From: Anaerolineales bacterium
GTDB lineage: Bacteria > Chloroflexota > Anaerolineae > Anaerolineales > Villigracilaceae
Length of the DNA stretch: 16,694 bases
Reading direction: 5' to 3'
Assembly: GCA_044222305.1 (NCBI GenBank)
Contig: JBGANO010000015.1
Coordinates: 15,307 to 32,000 of the forward strand
The notes under the pieces are model-generated. The model saw only the letters and a list, made by a program, of their open reading frames with translations. It had not been told where the DNA came from and searched no databases. Positions 14,795 through 16,694 of this stretch are shown here, one piece after another. A program made the translations under genes and the position numbers. Within the stretch, counting starts at the first letter, position 1. Each line of letters opens with the position of its first letter.

Positions 14795-15442
14795 TTACAT
14801 CAGCCCCTTGGTTTTCGCCACCTTTGCCGCCTCGCGTCGCGTGGTTACGTGTAACTTCGATAAAATATTTCGTATGTGCGTTTTGACCGTATTCAGGCTG
14901 ATCGTCAACGCTTCGGCGATTTCTTTATCGGTTGCGCCTTGCGACACCTCGATCAATACCTGATGTTCGCGTTCCGTTAGACCGCTATCGCTTTCAGTCG
15001 CCGCTCCGTATTTGCTCATGCGACGGAATTCCGCCAGCACGCGCCCAGCCAGAGAAGGGGAAAGAGCCGCCTCGCCGCGTTTCGCGCCGCGCAACATTTC
15101 CAATAGATCCTGTGAACGGATCTCTTTCAACAAATATCCTTGGGCGCCATGCTTGAGGGCTTCGAAGAGTATCTCATCGTCGCCGCGAACGGTGAGCATC
15201 ACAATGATCGTATCCGGCAGGGTTAGTTTGATTTGCCGCACCGCCTCGATGCCGTCCATGCCGGGCATTTGCACATCCATCAAGATCAGGTCCGGTTTGA
15301 GTTCCTGCGCCTTCACAAAGGCTTCGAGTCCATCGTTTGCTTCGCCCACCACTTCCATGTCGGGTTGTGAGGCGATGATGCCAGCCAGTCCCTCTCGAAA
15401 GAGGGCGTGATCGTCAGCCAGTAACACGCGGATTTGTTTCAT
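14795..15442 (-). CDS. NarL/FixJ-family response regulator (REC + LuxR-type HTH), 215 aa
   Basis: MKQIRVLLADDHALFREGL...PDLILMDVQMPGMDG...IVMLT...YLLKE is a canonical receiver with all phospho-site residues. The C-terminal LTEREHQVLIEVSQGATDKEIAEALTISLNTVKTHIRNILSKL is a GerE/LuxR HTH. I chose ATG 15440-15442, with GGAGAGAGAG upstream, over the GTG at 15472. Confidence 0.93.
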   Translation of the reverse strand: MKQIRVLLADDHALFREGLAGIIASQPDMEVVGEANDGLEAFVKAQELKPDLILMDVQMPGMDGIEAVRQIKLTLPDTIIVMLTVRGDDEILFEALKHGAQGYLLKEIRSQDLLEMLRGAKRGEAALSPSLAGRVLAEFRRMSKYGAATESDSGLTEREHQVLIEVSQGATDKEIAEALTISLNTVKTHIRNILSKLHVTTRREAAKVAKTKGLM

Positions 15443-15447
15443 CTTGT

Positions 15448-16694
15448 TTACTCTCTCTCCTCCGAGGACCACGTCAGCGTGACGCGCGCGCCTTGCCCCA
15501 ATTCGGATTGAAATTTGACCCGTCCGCCGATGTGTTTGGCGCGCGCCTGCATGATCTGCAAACCGAAATGCCCGCCTGGCGCGGGTTGGGAGGTGTCGAA
15601 TCCTTTGCCGTCGTCTTCGATGGTCACAAAATAAAATTCATCTCGTTGCCCCGCTTGCACGCTGATCTGTTTTGCATTTGCATGTTGCGCCGCGTTGACC
15701 AGCGCCTCGCGCGTGATGTTGTATATCTGCTCCGCTACCTGCGGCGAAGGCTCGGGCGTAGAATCGGCGTCCGATTGCCAGACCAGTTTCAGGCGGTGTT
15801 GTGAAGCGATTTCGTCCGCTGTGTCATGCAAGCGAGTCCATACATCCTTTTTGGCGGGCGAGTCATCCATTAATTTGTTAATCGCGCGGCGCATGTCGCT
15901 GGTCGCCTTGCCGATCGTCTCGCGCGTTTTTGTCAGGCGGTCCAGTGCGGCGCCTTGCTTGCCATCCGAAAGAAACTCCACCACTTGATCGGTCATCACT
16001 CCAAGATAACTAAGCGTTTGTCCCAAGCCATCGTGCATCTCTGCGGCGACACGGCGTCGCTCTTCAAGCGTTGCCGCGCGCTCGACTTGCGCGAACAGAC
16101 GCGCATTCTCCAACGCGATCGCGGCGACGTTTGCCAACTTGGTCAACATATTCGCAGACTCGGCGGCGAATTGATTTTGCGCGGGGCTTCCCACGCACAA
16201 CGCGCCGATGACGCGATCTCCAATGCGAAGCGGCGCCGCCAGATGACTCGCGCGATATTCATCCGAGAGCATACGGCACCCGCCGCGACAGCCGCCCACG
16301 CCGCAGATCATCGCCTGTTCGTCTTCGAATACGGCATTGGTAAAGTCTGCATGGGCGGGCATCGTGTCGCCGACAATTGCGCGTCGCGGTCCGCTGACTG
16401 CCTGGAGTTTCAGCCAGTGCTGGTTGGTATCCACGAGGCATAGCGAGGCGATGTCGCCGCCAAGCAGTGAGCGCGCTTTCTCTGTGACAGAGTCTAACAC
16501 TTGTTGAATATCGAGGCGCGAGGAAATTTCACGGCTGACTTCGTTGAGTCTTTCCAATTCCTGCGTGCGTTGCGTAACGCGTTGCTCCAACATGCCATTC
16601 CATTGGATGAGTTCCACGCGCGCGGATTGAAGTTGGACGCGCATCTCGTTGATCGCCTGCGATAACTCCCGCAGTTCTTGCGGACCTTCGACTT
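15448..16694 (-). CDS. Sensor histidine kinase (HAMP end, coiled coil, GAF, HisKA_3, HATPase_c); 5' end lies beyond the window
   Basis: The reading frame stays open upstream of the listed Met (16644) to the window edge, reading ...VEGPQELRELSQAINEM, a HAMP C-terminal signature. The GAF-like segment is LDIQQVLDSVTEKARSLLGGDIASLCLVD...APLRIGDRVIGALCVGS. The HisKA_3 H-box is ERRRVAAEMHDGLGQTLS. The HATPase N and G boxes are EALVNAAQHANA, DDGKGF and GHFGLQIM. The stop is 5 nt before the response regulator start. Confidence 0.9.
   Translation of the reverse strand, partial: VEGPQELRELSQAINEMRVQLQSARVELIQWNGMLEQRVTQRTQELERLNEVSREISSRLDIQQVLDSVTEKARSLLGGDIASLCLVDTNQHWLKLQAVSGPRRAIVGDTMPAHADFTNAVFEDEQAMICGVGGCRGGCRMLSDEYRASHLAAPLRIGDRVIGALCVGSPAQNQFAAESANMLTKLANVAAIALENARLFAQVERAATLEERRRVAAEMHDGLGQTLSYLGVMTDQVVEFLSDGKQGAALDRLTKTRETIGKATSDMRRAINKLMDDSPAKKDVWTRLHDTADEIASQHRLKLVWQSDADSTPEPSPQVAEQIYNITREALVNAAQHANAKQISVQAGQRDEFYFVTIEDDGKGFDTSQPAPGGHFGLQIMQARAKHIGGRVKFQSELGQGARVTLTWSSEERE

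Noticed and set aside
1-16694. A search for mobile elements, defence systems, toxin-antitoxin pairs, prophage genes, tRNA/rRNA and CRISPR arrays across the window.
   Set aside because: No transposase, integrase or nuclease signatures appear in any frame of the ORF track. There are no tRNA-like cloverleaf candidates and no regularly spaced direct repeats. The gene content is housekeeping, respiratory and envelope-related.

Overview
This looks like ordinary chromosomal (core-like), moderately GC-rich bacterial DNA. Thr/Pro-rich linkers, many lipoprotein-type signal peptides and CACGAAGG-type intergenic repeats suggest a Chloroflexota/Anaerolineae-like organism, but that is inference only. On the + strand, left to right: a small hypothetical protein, a TolB-like PD40 beta-propeller lipoprotein, an M23 (LytM-type) peptidase, recA with a recognisable promoter and terminator, an NBR1-like Ig-domain lipoprotein, and a DUF1801-like protein. 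On the - strand is a respiratory nitrate reductase operon. In transcription order it reads: receiver-like protein, membrane-anchored monoheme cytochrome c, narG, a 172-nt structured repeat, narH, narJ, narI. A ~310-nt divergent intergenic region follows, then a secreted Cys-rich hypothetical protein (+). Last, on the - strand, is a NarL-family response regulator and a HAMP-GAF-HisKA_3 histidine kinase that runs off the right edge. I saw no tRNA, rRNA, CRISPR array, transposase, integrase or recognisable defence genes, and I do not see a clear novel multi-gene system. The points most worth a second look are: (1) a triple-unit inverted-repeat element in two copies, one splitting narG from narH; (2) the nar operon being translationally coupled to an exported cytochrome c and a degenerate receiver protein; (3) a long nar leader with a perfect A6-stem-T6 palindrome; (4) a C-x4-C-x3-C cluster inside the kinase GAF domain. 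All functional calls rest on motifs read by eye, since no searches were run.
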